Source: a virus. Taken from it: DNA of 64,000 bases. Below the pieces are notes generated by a model, which did no database searches, was not told where the DNA came from, and saw only the letters and a program-made list of their open reading frames with translations. Below are positions 35,531 to 45,677 of the stretch, piece by piece; position 1 is the first letter of the stretch; every line of letters starts with the position of its first letter. The translations under genes were made by a program, and so were the position numbers. The stretch covers positions 1 to 64,000 of the IMG/VR virus record IMGVR_UViG_3300042542_003555. One strand, given 5' to 3'.

Positions 35531-37125
35531 TAGTCTTTACTCGCAATAATTAAATCAACATAAGAAACAGCAAGGTTGATTGCTGTGCCGGAGAATGAGT
35601 GGTTGTGTGAGCCGCCACTACCTGCGCTACTTGTGCCAAAAGTAGCACCTGCTGTTTGCGCTACGCCAACGTATCCCGCAACACCGCTGTTACCTCCACC
35701 CCCATCCGTACCAGTAATTGTGTCTATATTATGAGAGTGACTTGGAATTTGCGAAGTGCTTAGTGTTGTACTACCTACCGTACCACTCACGCCTTGAGAA
35801 GCAAACGCCGTGGTAAACGCAACAGAACCGCCAGAGCTTGCTGAACCAGACACCACACGCAATGCTTTGTTGTCATGTGTAATTTGTTTAGTCCATCCAG
35901 TGGGAGCTGCCGTCTGTTGGAACAACATAAGTGTGCCAGAAGGAAATGAACTTCCACCAGCTGTAGCCCATGACAAGGTACCGGAACCATTAGTTGACAA
36001 TACTTGACCAGTTGTACCATCCGCAGTAGGTAGAGTGTATGTGGTTGATCCAGCAGCGGCACCGGGCGCTAAACCAACATAACCAGATGTTGCGCCACTT
36101 AATCTTAATGTACCTTTTACATCAAGTCTGGACCCCGGCGAAACAATACCAATCCCCACATTGCCAGTGATATTTAAGTTACCATCTAAAGTTCCAGATG
36201 TATTAGCAAGCGCATTATTTGCTTTAGTAAAAGCAGCACCCGCAAATGTATTAATGCTAGTAATATTAGTATTTTGAGTAGTATTAACTGCCTGTAGTGC
36301 TACAGTATTACTTGAAGCATTATTAGCAGTGTCTCTAGCATAATCATCTACACCAGTAGATGGCACTACTTGTCCTGTAGAAGTAGTTACTGTCAAACTA
36401 CCGTTTGTATTACTTAATCTCAATCCACCCAAATCAATTGATCCTGGCCCAACATATAGTGAATGCCAACGATTAGTATCTGAACCAAGATAATAAGTAT
36501 TTGTTGTGGCCGGTGTTAAGTTGCCAGTAATACTGGAACTTCCTGTTAAAGGAATTGCATTGTTTGCTTTATCAAATGCAGCCTGAGCAAGCGTATTGGT
36601 GTGAACTGTGTTTGATGATGCAGCAGTAGGTCCTGTTTCTGCCCAGGTAGGATTAGAAACATTACCAAAATTTGTATATTCAAAACCAGTGTCGCTATTA
36701 ATCCATATATCGCCAGTATTTGCTACTGCTGGTGTTGTGTTTTGATAAAAGAAATCTGTTTTTGTATTTGCTTCATCAAAAGCAGCATTGGCTGTATTGT
36801 ATGCTGCTTGTGCTAAAGTACCATCACCTCCACCACTTGCGGTAGAATTGATTGTAATTGTTTTGGAAGTTGTATTTGTTGATATCGCAATATTATTACC
36901 AGGAACAATATTTAAGATATCTGTAGGACTGGTAGCAATAATAAGAGAGTTATTGGAATTGACAGTTGAAAACGTTTTTTGGTTTTCAATTGCTTTAATT
37001 CCAACACCATTCTTATAGAACAGTTTTCCATCAGCATAGTTAATCGCCAACTCACCATGCGCTAGGTCAGCTGGAGTATTACCTGTTTGTCCTGATTTTC
37101 TTAACTGTATTGTTGTGTTTGACAT
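35530..37125 (-). CDS. tail fibre protein (Mtd-N-like N-terminus, collar-like tip)
   Basis: IQLRKS...P..L..GELAINYADGKLF; C-terminal F.QTAAPTGW.K, TLS..QIPSHSH, HNHS. Confidence 0.8.
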   Translation of the reverse strand: MSNTTIQLRKSGQTGNTPADLAHGELAINYADGKLFYKNGVGIKAIENQKTFSTVNSNNSLIIATSPTDILNIVPGNNIAISTNTTSKTITINSTASGGGDGTLAQAAYNTANAAFDEANTKTDFFYQNTTPAVANTGDIWINSDTGFEYTNFGNVSNPTWAETGPTAASSNTVHTNTLAQAAFDKANNAIPLTGSSSITGNLTPATTNTYYLGSDTNRWHSLYVGPGSIDLGGLRLSNTNGSLTVTTSTGQVVPSTGVDDYARDTANNASSNTVALQAVNTTQNTNITSINTFAGAAFTKANNALANTSGTLDGNLNITGNVGIGIVSPGSRLDVKGTLRLSGATSGYVGLAPGAAAGSTTYTLPTADGTTGQVLSTNGSGTLSWATAGGSSFPSGTLMLFQQTAAPTGWTKQITHDNKALRVVSGSASSGGSVAFTTAFASQGVSGTVGSTTLSTSQIPSHSHNIDTITGTDGGGGNSGVAGYVGVAQTAGATFGTSSAGSGGSHNHSFSGTAINLAVSYVDLIIASKD

Positions 37126-37128
37126 TTA

Positions 37129-37740
37129 CTAGAAACTTCCGCCATCCTTGAGAATTTCATCCGATATAATTAATTCTTCCAAGTCTGCACCATCTACTGT
37201 CACTTGTGCAGCCTTAGCCTCATCAATTTTTTTTCTTTTGGCAGGAGTTAATTTTAAATAGTCAATTTGATCATTTAGTTCTTTGATTGCATTCTCATGT
37301 TCTTTTTTGAGAGTTTCAATTTCAGAACCATATTTGCTATGCACATTTTCCAATTCCTCACGGGTCTTGCCCAACTCATTTCTGAAAGTGTCAACATGTT
37401 GCAACTGATGCTTGACACTTTCATATTCTGATTTAACAACCGAGAGATCATTTACTTGACCTCTCAGAGTGTTGATGGTATTAGTATGCACATTTATTTC
37501 ATTTTGAAGTTGCTGAATTCTAGCATTATCAGAAGAATTTTTAATTGTTTTTGTTGATTCTAATTCTTTTTTTGTAGAATCAACAGTAGAAGTCAATTCT
37601 TCAATTTTTGTTTGCAACTCCTTAATAACATTTTCAGTTAACTTTAAATTTGCTTGTAGAGAAATGCTTTTAACAATGCTATCTTGCAAAGTCTTCGACA
37701 TTATATCTACATAGTATTCAACATATTTTTCTTGGCTCAT
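37129..37740 (-). CDS. coiled-coil protein ending in DGGSF
   Basis: Heptad-rich 203-aa ORF with AGGAG SD. Confidence 0.75.
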   Translation of the reverse strand: MSQEKYVEYYVDIMSKTLQDSIVKSISLQANLKLTENVIKELQTKIEELTSTVDSTKKELESTKTIKNSSDNARIQQLQNEINVHTNTINTLRGQVNDLSVVKSEYESVKHQLQHVDTFRNELGKTREELENVHSKYGSEIETLKKEHENAIKELNDQIDYLKLTPAKRKKIDEAKAAQVTVDGADLEELIISDEILKDGGSF

Positions 37741-37781
37741 TTCAAACTCCTATCATTTAAAAAATTATATATTCATTATAT

Positions 37782-39611
37782 TTAGAATGCGCCTCCATCG
37801 AGAACATATGAATAACGAATCTCTTTTGTATTTGAGTTATAGAATGCAATACCATCATAAGTTGCATCTTGTGTTTCTGTATAACGAACAGGATTAACAA
37901 AGAAGCCAGATGTTGATGGGCTTAGATTTGTTCCAGAGGCATTCAATATGATACTACTTGCGGCTGCTGATTCAAAGCCTGCAAACTTACCAATCGCTAT
38001 GCTGTTTGCACCAATTGCAGTAGTATTTCCTTTACCTGCTTGTGTACCAATTGCAATAGAGTCTGCACCTTGTGATCCACCAGTATCGTAACCTAACGCA
38101 ATACCATACTGTCCTTGTGCCGATCCAGCTGAGTTACCAATTGCGACACCATATGAACCCTGACTGGTCATCCCAGCATTGATACCAATTGCAACAGCAG
38201 TTTGTCCTTGATTGACATTACCAGCACCGTAACCAATTGCAACACCATAGGCACCTTGATTATTGTAACCAGCAGAATCACCAATCGCAACTGCTTGTAA
38301 CCCTTGAGTTATTGTACCAGCATTTTGACCAAATGCTACTGCATCACCAGCAGTATCTTTGATAATTGCACCATTGGCTAACTGTATTCCCGAACCATTG
38401 TGTACTAACAGACCATTTGTACTTTGAATTGATAATGAGAAAGCACCATTTGCAATAGATGTTGGTGTCAGTGCATTGTCATCTGCATAGGAGAATCTTC
38501 CGTTTGCAGTATCAAAGTAAACTAGGTTAGTTGTTCTTGCATTAGGAATACTCGGTGCAAAAACACCTCCACTAACACTTAGAACTTGATTAACTGTGAT
38601 TGAATTTACTGTTACATTACCATCAAATGTAGATTCGTTTGAATCCACATAGAACATATTTGAACCAGAACTGCCTGTGTTATATAAATCAAGAGTCGCA
38701 GAGTTATCACTATTCTTTAGTTGTAAACGATTTGCTGAGTTAACAACTAGGTTACCATCTAATGTTGCTCCATTATCTAAGTATGGAGCATTGGCAAAAT
38801 ATGCATTGCCGTTAGCATATAACTGAGAACCAGACTGAAGTGTTAGAACATTCAGTACGTTAGAAGTATTTGCAGTTAAGTTTGCTCTTAGTGTTGCTAG
38901 TGCAAAACTATTAGAGAACGGCGTAATAACGTTTGCTGTTGGTTCTGTTGTATAGTCATTGAACAGATAGTATTGTTTATCTGCTGAGTGGCGATAGAAA
39001 CCAGTATGTTTTTGAGTACCATCGTTATAGTGACCGACAAAACCAATATCAACTATGTCAGAAGTGTTGTTTGTAGCGAGTTGAATTAACGAGTCACCAA
39101 CTTTAAGAGTATCAACATTGACGATTGTTTCTGTACCAAGAACTATTAGGTTTCCTGATATTTGAACACTAGAATCAATGTACTGCGTAACAATAGGAGT
39201 GTTTGCACGGAAAACAGTATTATCTACATTAAACGTTACTGTATTTGCTGTGACTGCTGATGTAATACCAGAAGCACCAACAAATCCAAGGGTATCTGTA
39301 AGCAGATTAATTGCATCAGTTCCAGTATCACCAGAAATATTAAGTGTACTAGAGATTGCTGCGGTACTAATATTAGTAATTACACCATTAGCACCCACAC
39401 GAATGATAGGAATAGCTGTGGTGGAACCATACTCATTTGGAGTAATTCCAAAGTTTTTATATCCACCAATCTCTAAAGCACTTACTCCGTCTGGTGTACC
39501 AATGAATAGATTATTGGATGTGTATGAGTAGGCTAATTCACCTGCTGCTAAGTTTGCTGGTGTCGCTGTAGCAAACGAGCGTTTAATGAGAATTTCTGTA
39601 TTAGAGGCCAT
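37782..39611 (-). CDS. fibre/adhesin protein (Mtd-N-like N-terminus, YadA-head-like repeats)
   Basis: ILIKRS...P..L.AGELAY; repeated Q...AVAIG..AG units; C-terminal LDGGAF. Confidence 0.8.
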   Translation of the reverse strand: MASNTEILIKRSFATATPANLAAGELAYSYTSNNLFIGTPDGVSALEIGGYKNFGITPNEYGSTTAIPIIRVGANGVITNISTAAISSTLNISGDTGTDAINLLTDTLGFVGASGITSAVTANTVTFNVDNTVFRANTPIVTQYIDSSVQISGNLIVLGTETIVNVDTLKVGDSLIQLATNNTSDIVDIGFVGHYNDGTQKHTGFYRHSADKQYYLFNDYTTEPTANVITPFSNSFALATLRANLTANTSNVLNVLTLQSGSQLYANGNAYFANAPYLDNGATLDGNLVVNSANRLQLKNSDNSATLDLYNTGSSGSNMFYVDSNESTFDGNVTVNSITVNQVLSVSGGVFAPSIPNARTTNLVYFDTANGRFSYADDNALTPTSIANGAFSLSIQSTNGLLVHNGSGIQLANGAIIKDTAGDAVAFGQNAGTITQGLQAVAIGDSAGYNNQGAYGVAIGYGAGNVNQGQTAVAIGINAGMTSQGSYGVAIGNSAGSAQGQYGIALGYDTGGSQGADSIAIGTQAGKGNTTAIGANSIAIGKFAGFESAAASSIILNASGTNLSPSTSGFFVNPVRYTETQDATYDGIAFYNSNTKEIRYSYVLDGGAF

Positions 39612-39641
39612 GTTACTTCCTTATTGTTGTTATTTGTTTAT

Positions 39642-39905
39642 TTATGTAAATATGCCACCGTCAATAGTTGCTACTACTGTTGCTGTGTTTGAAAACACTA
39701 AGTTACCTGTCATTGTATCACCAGTTTTACTTACTTTAGTATTTGCTGTATTGTATGCTGCTTGTGCTAACGATAAGGCAGTGTTAGCAACGGTTTCTGC
39801 ATCGGTTGCGCCAACAAATGTCGCAGTTGTGCTGACGGTTTGTTGATTACCTTGATTAACCCTAACGCTTATCTGTTGTACTGGATTGACTATTACGTTA
39901 GGCAT
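39642..39905 (-). CDS. small virion protein ending in DGGIFT
   Basis: AQAAYNTAN coil, VSKTGDTMTGNL, IDGG.F. Confidence 0.7.
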   Translation of the reverse strand: MPNVIVNPVQQISVRVNQGNQQTVSTTATFVGATDAETVANTALSLAQAAYNTANTKVSKTGDTMTGNLVFSNTATVVATIDGGIFT

Positions 39906-39906
39906 T

Positions 39907-40254
39907 TTAGTTTCTTGTTACTGATGGTGAAACAAATATTTGTCCTTCTAATACACGGGTAACATTTCCTGATGCGGTTTCTGTAATAATAACATCATAC
40001 ACTAGTTTCTGCATTGAACTTACATTGGAAGTTGTTGCTGAGTTTGCAGACAACTGAATAATACCAGAGTTGGCATTATATACACTTGCAGTAAAATTAA
40101 TAGCAACGTTTGAAGAATAATAAGAAGTTCTTGCTTGGCTCTTTACAGTAAAACCATTGAGATTGTAGGGTGCACCAGTGTTATCCGCAAGGGTCATCTG
40201 CGTAGTAAATGTGGTTCCTTGTTCTAGGAAAAGGTCTTGATACCCGCTAGGCAT
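39907..40254 (-). CDS. Ig-like virion adaptor protein
   Basis: LEQGTTF....L, YNL.G, YDV.I, VTRVLEG...VSP.VT. Confidence 0.7.
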   Translation of the reverse strand: MPSGYQDLFLEQGTTFTTQMTLADNTGAPYNLNGFTVKSQARTSYYSSNVAINFTASVYNANSGIIQLSANSATTSNVSSMQKLVYDVIITETASGNVTRVLEGQIFVSPSVTRN

Positions 40255-40263
40255 GATGTTCCT

Positions 40264-40611
40264 TTATGGTGTATTTGCTGATGCTTGATTAATCGTTATA
40301 CCGTACTCTTTTAGTTTTTGTTCTAATAATCTTTGAACTAATTCTTCGGTTGTTGGTGTTGTGCTTGATGGTGGTTCAGGATTAGTTAATTCTTTTGGAA
40401 GATGTTCTTCTGGTATATATTTTACTGTTTGTTCAGTTTCATCATAGAAAAAAAACTGAGGATCTTTGACATCAAAAGAATATTCAGTGTTTACAAAAAA
40501 TAAAAGATCGGCAACATCAAATTCTTCATCGTAAAAATAACAAACTCTTGATCCTAAGATATTATTATCCTTATCATAAACTTTTTCATCAGGATTAATT
40601 AAAGCTAACAT
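40264..40611 (-). CDS. hypothetical protein (paralogue of 41514..41762)
   Basis: ALI.P.E...G.RV.....FDVA..L. Confidence 0.65.
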   Translation of the reverse strand: MLALINPDEKVYDKDNNILGSRVCYFYDEEFDVADLLFFVNTEYSFDVKDPQFFFYDETEQTVKYIPEEHLPKELTNPEPPSSTTPTTEELVQRLLEQKLKEYGITINQASANTP

Positions 40612-40626
40612 CGTTTTCTCCGTTTA

Positions 40627-41499
40627 TTAGTATTCAACAATAACTATTCCACTAAATCCTGCGGTTCCACCAGCACCGCCGTTTGAACAACAACCACCGC
40701 CACCGCTGCCGCCTCCACCACCGCCTCTTCTATTAAAAGGTCCAGTTCCTGGTGTGCCAGCACCAGCCGGCGACAGACCTGGTCCTGCCGTACCTCCGGT
40801 ACCTACGGTTGCACCAGAAGCACCGCCGCCGCCTCCACCACCGCCACCTCTGGCAGGAACCGCCGGTGCCGCAGCACCATTACCGCCATTGACTCCACTG
40901 GCAGCACCACCTGCACTACCAGGAACAAAAGGCGATCCGCTATTATTGCTAGAAGCACCTCCTCCTCCACCACCACCACTACCAATAGTTACCGGAACAG
41001 CAGTGACGGGAAATGGTGCTGATAAAATCTTGACACCGTATCCACCTAAACCAGTAAAGGTTTGAGGTATACAACCAGTTCCGCCTGATATTCCAGAACC
41101 AGAAGTTCCATATTTTCCCGTTGAGAATCCATCAAGAATTAAATCAGCACCCGGAGCCGTGCCCGATGCTGATACAGTTCCGCCCGTAGCTGTTTGATAT
41201 GAACCAAACGATGTAGTTCCTCCACTAGCGCCAGCACCGCCAGGTTGGCCAGATGAGCTGGCACCTCCTGGCGCACCTCCTCCGCCACCCACTACTGTAA
41301 CCTTTAATTTAGTCGTTGAAGGTGGAATGTTAAATGTTCCTGGTGATGTAAACACCGTCATATTACTGAAACCACCAGCAGGAATAGCTGAAGGTGCAAT
41401 CTGTGGTCCAGTAATCAATCCAGTAATCTGTGTATTCGCTACAAATCCAGTGATATTTGCAGATGCACCAAAGCCCGCTAAGTTTCTATTAATACCCAT
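40627..41499 (-). CDS. glycine-rich fibre tip/adhesin
   Basis: FTSPGTF..P.....KVTVVGGGGG, poly-Gly runs, C-terminal GIVIVEY. Confidence 0.8.
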   Translation of the reverse strand: MGINRNLAGFGASANITGFVANTQITGLITGPQIAPSAIPAGGFSNMTVFTSPGTFNIPPSTTKLKVTVVGGGGGAPGGASSSGQPGGAGASGGTTSFGSYQTATGGTVSASGTAPGADLILDGFSTGKYGTSGSGISGGTGCIPQTFTGLGGYGVKILSAPFPVTAVPVTIGSGGGGGGGASSNNSGSPFVPGSAGGAASGVNGGNGAAAPAVPARGGGGGGGGGASGATVGTGGTAGPGLSPAGAGTPGTGPFNRRGGGGGGSGGGGCCSNGGAGGTAGFSGIVIVEY

Positions 41500-41513
41500 T
41501 TAAGACTCCACTA

Positions 41514-41762
41514 TTATACTACTGTGTTTGTTGTATTTGATCTTGGTACGGGTGCAGGTGGTGTTGGTTTTACTTTGATGGTATTGTCTGCGGTGTCAAA
41601 ATAGAATTGATCCGCAACCACATCGTCATCACAGTCAACCCAATGTAGTTCACCAGCAACATCAAAAATGTTCTGTGGTTCTTCTACTTGTGCAACTCTG
41701 TAACCTGCTGTTCCATCAAAATTGTTAATTTGCTCTTGAGGACTAATTAACGCTTTTTTCAT
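41514..41762 (-). CDS. hypothetical protein (putative partner or chaperone of the Gly-rich tip)
   Basis: MKKALISPQE...GYRVAQV....FDVA..L.WVDC.D. Confidence 0.7.
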   Translation of the reverse strand: MKKALISPQEQINNFDGTAGYRVAQVEEPQNIFDVAGELHWVDCDDDVVADQFYFDTADNTIKVKPTPPAPVPRSNTTNTVV

Positions 41763-41793
41763 TTGCTTCTCTCCATCTAAATTAAATTAAAAA

Positions 41794-43014
41794 TTAGTAT
41801 TCTACGATGACTACACCTGATGCACCAGCGCCGCCACCAACAAGCGCAGCACCCGGAGGGTTTGCACCACCACCAGAACCACCACCACCATATTGTCTTC
41901 CGGCAAAACCGCCGGGACTATAACCCCCGGTCGATTTTGCTCCTGCCCCCAAATAGCTATCTCCTCCCGTAGGACCAGCCACACCTATTCCACCCGTGAA
42001 TGGAGCACCCCCACCCGCACCACCAGCGATGTTTAAATCACCACCAGATCCAATACCACCACAAGTGCCAGGGGCAGCAGATGGGCCGGAACTACCACCA
42101 GACCCTCCTGTTGCACTAACTGATGCTGGAGATCCGAATGATGATGTTCCACCTGCTCCGCCCGCACCTCCTGCTGGGCCCGCTGTTCCGGCAGCCCCAA
42201 CAGTTACTGGATATGGAGTTGCGGCAGAAACAGGAATTATCTTAATGGCAGCGCCGCCGGCACCTCCAGATGATCCGAAATAAGGATCACATCCAGGTTG
42301 ATGTCCGCCTGCTCCACCTCCCCCACCACCTACGACAGTTACTTTAATTTTTGTTGTAGAGGGTGGTGTAGTAAATGTTTGACCTGGTGTAGTTGAAGTA
42401 AAAGTTGTAATATTAGTAAACCCACCCGATGGAATTACACCTGGTGCAATCTGTGGTGCCGTAATTAATCCTGTAATCTGAGTGTTTGCAATACTCAATG
42501 CGGTCTGTGCAGTCCAATATGGTTTACCAGCACCCGCACTGGTCAATAAGTGACCTGTTGTTCCTACATCAGTATTGGATGTGGTGTTTGCTGCTGATTG
42601 ATAGATGACTGTACCTGCTGCACCTCCAGCAATATTTGCAATGGTGTTTACAGAATATGCGTAGACAGTAATAATATCATTTAATGCTGCTGCCGTAGAT
42701 AATGTAATACTTGTTCCGTTTGATGCTGTGAATTCTATCAGAGAATCAAGTAGAACACCATTGAGGAATACTTGTACATAACCAACAGTATAACTTACGC
42801 TAAACACGGTTTGTCCTGCTGTTGCAGTAAACTTTGTTTGTGTATAGGTTGTTGCTCCAACACCAGCACCAGCACCTGAAACTGTTGCAGCAGTCGCACT
42901 GGTAATTCTTCCTTGTGCGTCAATCGTAATAATAGGTACCAATGATGAAGAACCATAAGTATCAGCAACAACACCAGTGTTAGCTAGAACCGAACTTGTG
43001 ACTTTTGTTGTCAT
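41794..43014 (-). CDS. glycine-rich fibre/adhesin protein
   Basis: FTATAGQT.F domain, IANTQITGLIT linker, KVTVVGGGGG...GVVIVEY tip. Confidence 0.8.
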   Translation of the reverse strand: MTTKVTSSVLANTGVVADTYGSSSLVPIITIDAQGRITSATAATVSGAGAGVGATTYTQTKFTATAGQTVFSVSYTVGYVQVFLNGVLLDSLIEFTASNGTSITLSTAAALNDIITVYAYSVNTIANIAGGAAGTVIYQSAANTTSNTDVGTTGHLLTSAGAGKPYWTAQTALSIANTQITGLITAPQIAPGVIPSGGFTNITTFTSTTPGQTFTTPPSTTKIKVTVVGGGGGGAGGHQPGCDPYFGSSGGAGGAAIKIIPVSAATPYPVTVGAAGTAGPAGGAGGAGGTSSFGSPASVSATGGSGGSSGPSAAPGTCGGIGSGGDLNIAGGAGGGAPFTGGIGVAGPTGGDSYLGAGAKSTGGYSPGGFAGRQYGGGGSGGGANPPGAALVGGGAGASGVVIVEY

Positions 43015-45677
43015 TTGTTATCACCCTTTAAACTGTCTATTTCTCGTTTTAATTCTTTAATCGCTTCAATTAATAATCCTACCATGTTTTGATACATGAT
43101 AGATTTTCCGTTTTCGTTTTCTGATACTAGATATGGTATAATCTTTTCAACATCTTGTGCTATCAGACCCATACCTTTATCACCAGTGTCTTTCCAGTTG
43201 TATTCAACACCTTTCAACTGCATTACAGTATTTAACGCATCTGCTATTTCTACTATATTTATTTTCTGATTTATATCAGATGTTGAAGTCATCACAGTAG
43301 ATGACAGAGTTCCTGTAGATGGAACATAAGTCAGTTTACTACTTGACGTATTAGCGATAGTTAGTACACCAGAAGTTTGTGATGTAAATGTAATATATCT
43401 GGTATCAGAACTTGCAGTTTCATCACTTAATCTTGGACCTACTAGACCAACAATGCCTGTGTTTGCGACAGAACCCGCAGATCCAGTTACACTAGCAGTA
43501 AATGTTACTCCAGAGTTTGCTTTGTTGCTGACATATGCCGTGGTAGCAATCTGTGTATTACTTACAGCAATGTCAGCAGTTGGTGCTAAAGGATATCCAA
43601 TAAATGTTGGAGATGCTAGTGTTGCTTTTCTGCTCTCTAAGTCATTGATTGCCAACTGAATTGTGTTAGCACCAGCATCAATACCACCTTGTGGTGAAGT
43701 AAATGCAATATTATTTGCATAGTATGGATTGTTAATGAATCCATCTACTTCAAGAAGAATAGCATCGTTGAGTGAAGGTGCTACTGTAAACGAAATCGTT
43801 GAGTTAGAAATATTTGCAGTATACTCAGATTCAAACTGTCTGACACCATTGATGTATGCTCTCAGTTGTGTTGCAGCAGAGAACGTTGGTGTCGTATAGG
43901 TTACTTGAGTACCTGATGCAGTATAGGACAGTCTTGTTGAGTTGATGGTTGTTCCTGGTGTTGCACCTCCACCACCTCCACCTCCACCGGCTGCCCAATA
44001 GTAGTTTCCAACACCACCAGTTGTTAACACATATCCCGCAACAGCACCAGACGGTAACAAATTGGTCAATGCACCTGTAGCAGAAGTTCCTCCAGTACCA
44101 CCTTGTGCTAATGCAAGAGGTGATGAAAGAGTTAAACTTGCAAATGTTGGTGAAGCTGTACTTCTTAAATCTTGTGATGTATTAACGGTTAGTACATTTG
44201 CAGTACCAGATATAGTAAGACCATTCCCGCTATTGAAAGAAATTACTCCATTACTTGCAACTGCAACACCAGACGTACCAACAAATGTTCCCCCACCAAT
44301 ATTTGCTCTGTTAAATGCTGCCTGTGCAAACACATTAACACTAGTAATATTAGTGTTAGTAGTAGTCATCTGTGCTTGTAGTGCTACAGTGTTACCTGAT
44401 GCTCCGCCGCCAGTGTTTGCTGTACTAAATGCTGCCTGAGCAAAAGTGTTTAATGCTGATATATTTGTGTTTTGGGTATTGTCTACACCTTGTAGATAAC
44501 TTAAAATAGTATTGGCTGCTTTTGAACTTGCAAGTGTCGATGAACTTGTAGAATTTGTAGAATCGCTGATCAGATTAGCGATAAGAATTCTAGAATAACC
44601 AAGAGTTGTTACATCCTTTACTTCCCAATAATCTTGAATTTCATTCCATCTAATTTCAGCATTAGCATTTCCTGGTCCTCTATATGAACCAAAAGTTCCG
44701 TTTTGTGGAACTGACGCATCAGCATTAATAGTTAAAGTATCTGAATTGTATACTGTGTCACCATTAACTACAAAGTTACCTTGAACAGAAATTGTGTTTG
44801 CTACAAGGCTGTCTACGTATATGTCTGATCCATTAGCATCGAGTGTATTCGATACAATAACATATGGACTTGTTACACTAGTATTTGCTATTAAATTGTT
44901 TGATCGTACATTACTTGATGCAGTAATTACAGGTGCCCAGATATATTGTCCAGCAGAAACATAATTGCTTCCGTATGCTGTTGTCGTTGTAAATGTTGTT
45001 GTGTTTACTGTAGAGTTAGCCTGAACTGCATTGATGTGTGCAGTACCACTTACTACTAATGTTGGTGATGTTAGTTCGGTATTTGCTTGTACTTTATCAC
45101 CCAACACATTTGCAGATGCAGTAACATCTTTAGAAACAACATGATTGGTTGTTCGAACAATCTGTGATGTTACATTTAGTCCAACAGTTAGATTGTTTGC
45201 AAAATTAACATTACCATTTTGAACATTTAATTTTAATGGTCCTGCTGTTGCTGAACCTATATAAACATTACCATTGGCATCAATAACTGTTGAGTTTGCT
45301 GGTGCTTGTCCTGATCCACCAGGTTGACTATTAATGCGTATCGCTAATCCGCTACCTGATTGTGTGATATTGACTACATTGTTGCTGTCATTGGCAATAA
45401 AATAATTGTTTGACGAACCAATAATCTGACCATCAATCTGCATATTCTTTTGAACATACAGAGAAGAACCAATACCAGAAATTTGCAGTTGACCTTGAAT
45501 AGTAGCATTGTTTGCTACTTGCAAACCAAGACTAGGAGAATTTAGAAATAAAGTTCCTGTTGGCTTGATAAAATTATTAGCTGCAAAATCATTGTTTTCT
45601 TGGGCCAGTTTGTTTGTTGTAACTACCCAATCACCAAATGTGTTTGCATAACTTAGTAGAGTAACGGTATTAGCCAT
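43011..45677 (-). CDS. long tail fibre with C-terminal peptidase S74 chaperone
   Basis: N-terminal ANTF..W...TN; SD...K.NI...L.GVEYNW...G.IAQ.VE...Y..MVGLLIEAIKEL. Confidence 0.85.
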   Translation of the reverse strand: MANTVTLLSYANTFGDWVVTTNKLAQENNDFAANNFIKPTGTLFLNSPSLGLQVANNATIQGQLQISGIGSSLYVQKNMQIDGQIIGSSNNYFIANDSNNVVNITQSGSGLAIRINSQPGGSGQAPANSTVIDANGNVYIGSATAGPLKLNVQNGNVNFANNLTVGLNVTSQIVRTTNHVVSKDVTASANVLGDKVQANTELTSPTLVVSGTAHINAVQANSTVNTTTFTTTTAYGSNYVSAGQYIWAPVITASSNVRSNNLIANTSVTSPYVIVSNTLDANGSDIYVDSLVANTISVQGNFVVNGDTVYNSDTLTINADASVPQNGTFGSYRGPGNANAEIRWNEIQDYWEVKDVTTLGYSRILIANLISDSTNSTSSSTLASSKAANTILSYLQGVDNTQNTNISALNTFAQAAFSTANTGGGASGNTVALQAQMTTTNTNITSVNVFAQAAFNRANIGGGTFVGTSGVAVASNGVISFNSGNGLTISGTANVLTVNTSQDLRSTASPTFASLTLSSPLALAQGGTGGTSATGALTNLLPSGAVAGYVLTTGGVGNYYWAAGGGGGGGGATPGTTINSTRLSYTASGTQVTYTTPTFSAATQLRAYINGVRQFESEYTANISNSTISFTVAPSLNDAILLEVDGFINNPYYANNIAFTSPQGGIDAGANTIQLAINDLESRKATLASPTFIGYPLAPTADIAVSNTQIATTAYVSNKANSGVTFTASVTGSAGSVANTGIVGLVGPRLSDETASSDTRYITFTSQTSGVLTIANTSSSKLTYVPSTGTLSSTVMTSTSDINQKINIVEIADALNTVMQLKGVEYNWKDTGDKGMGLIAQDVEKIIPYLVSENENGKSIMYQNMVGLLIEAIKELKREIDSLKGDNK

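Noticed and set aside
30917-45677. Diversity-generating retroelement acting on the Mtd-N-containing fibres
   Set aside because: No reverse transcriptase and no TR/VR pair differing at adenines seen in this window
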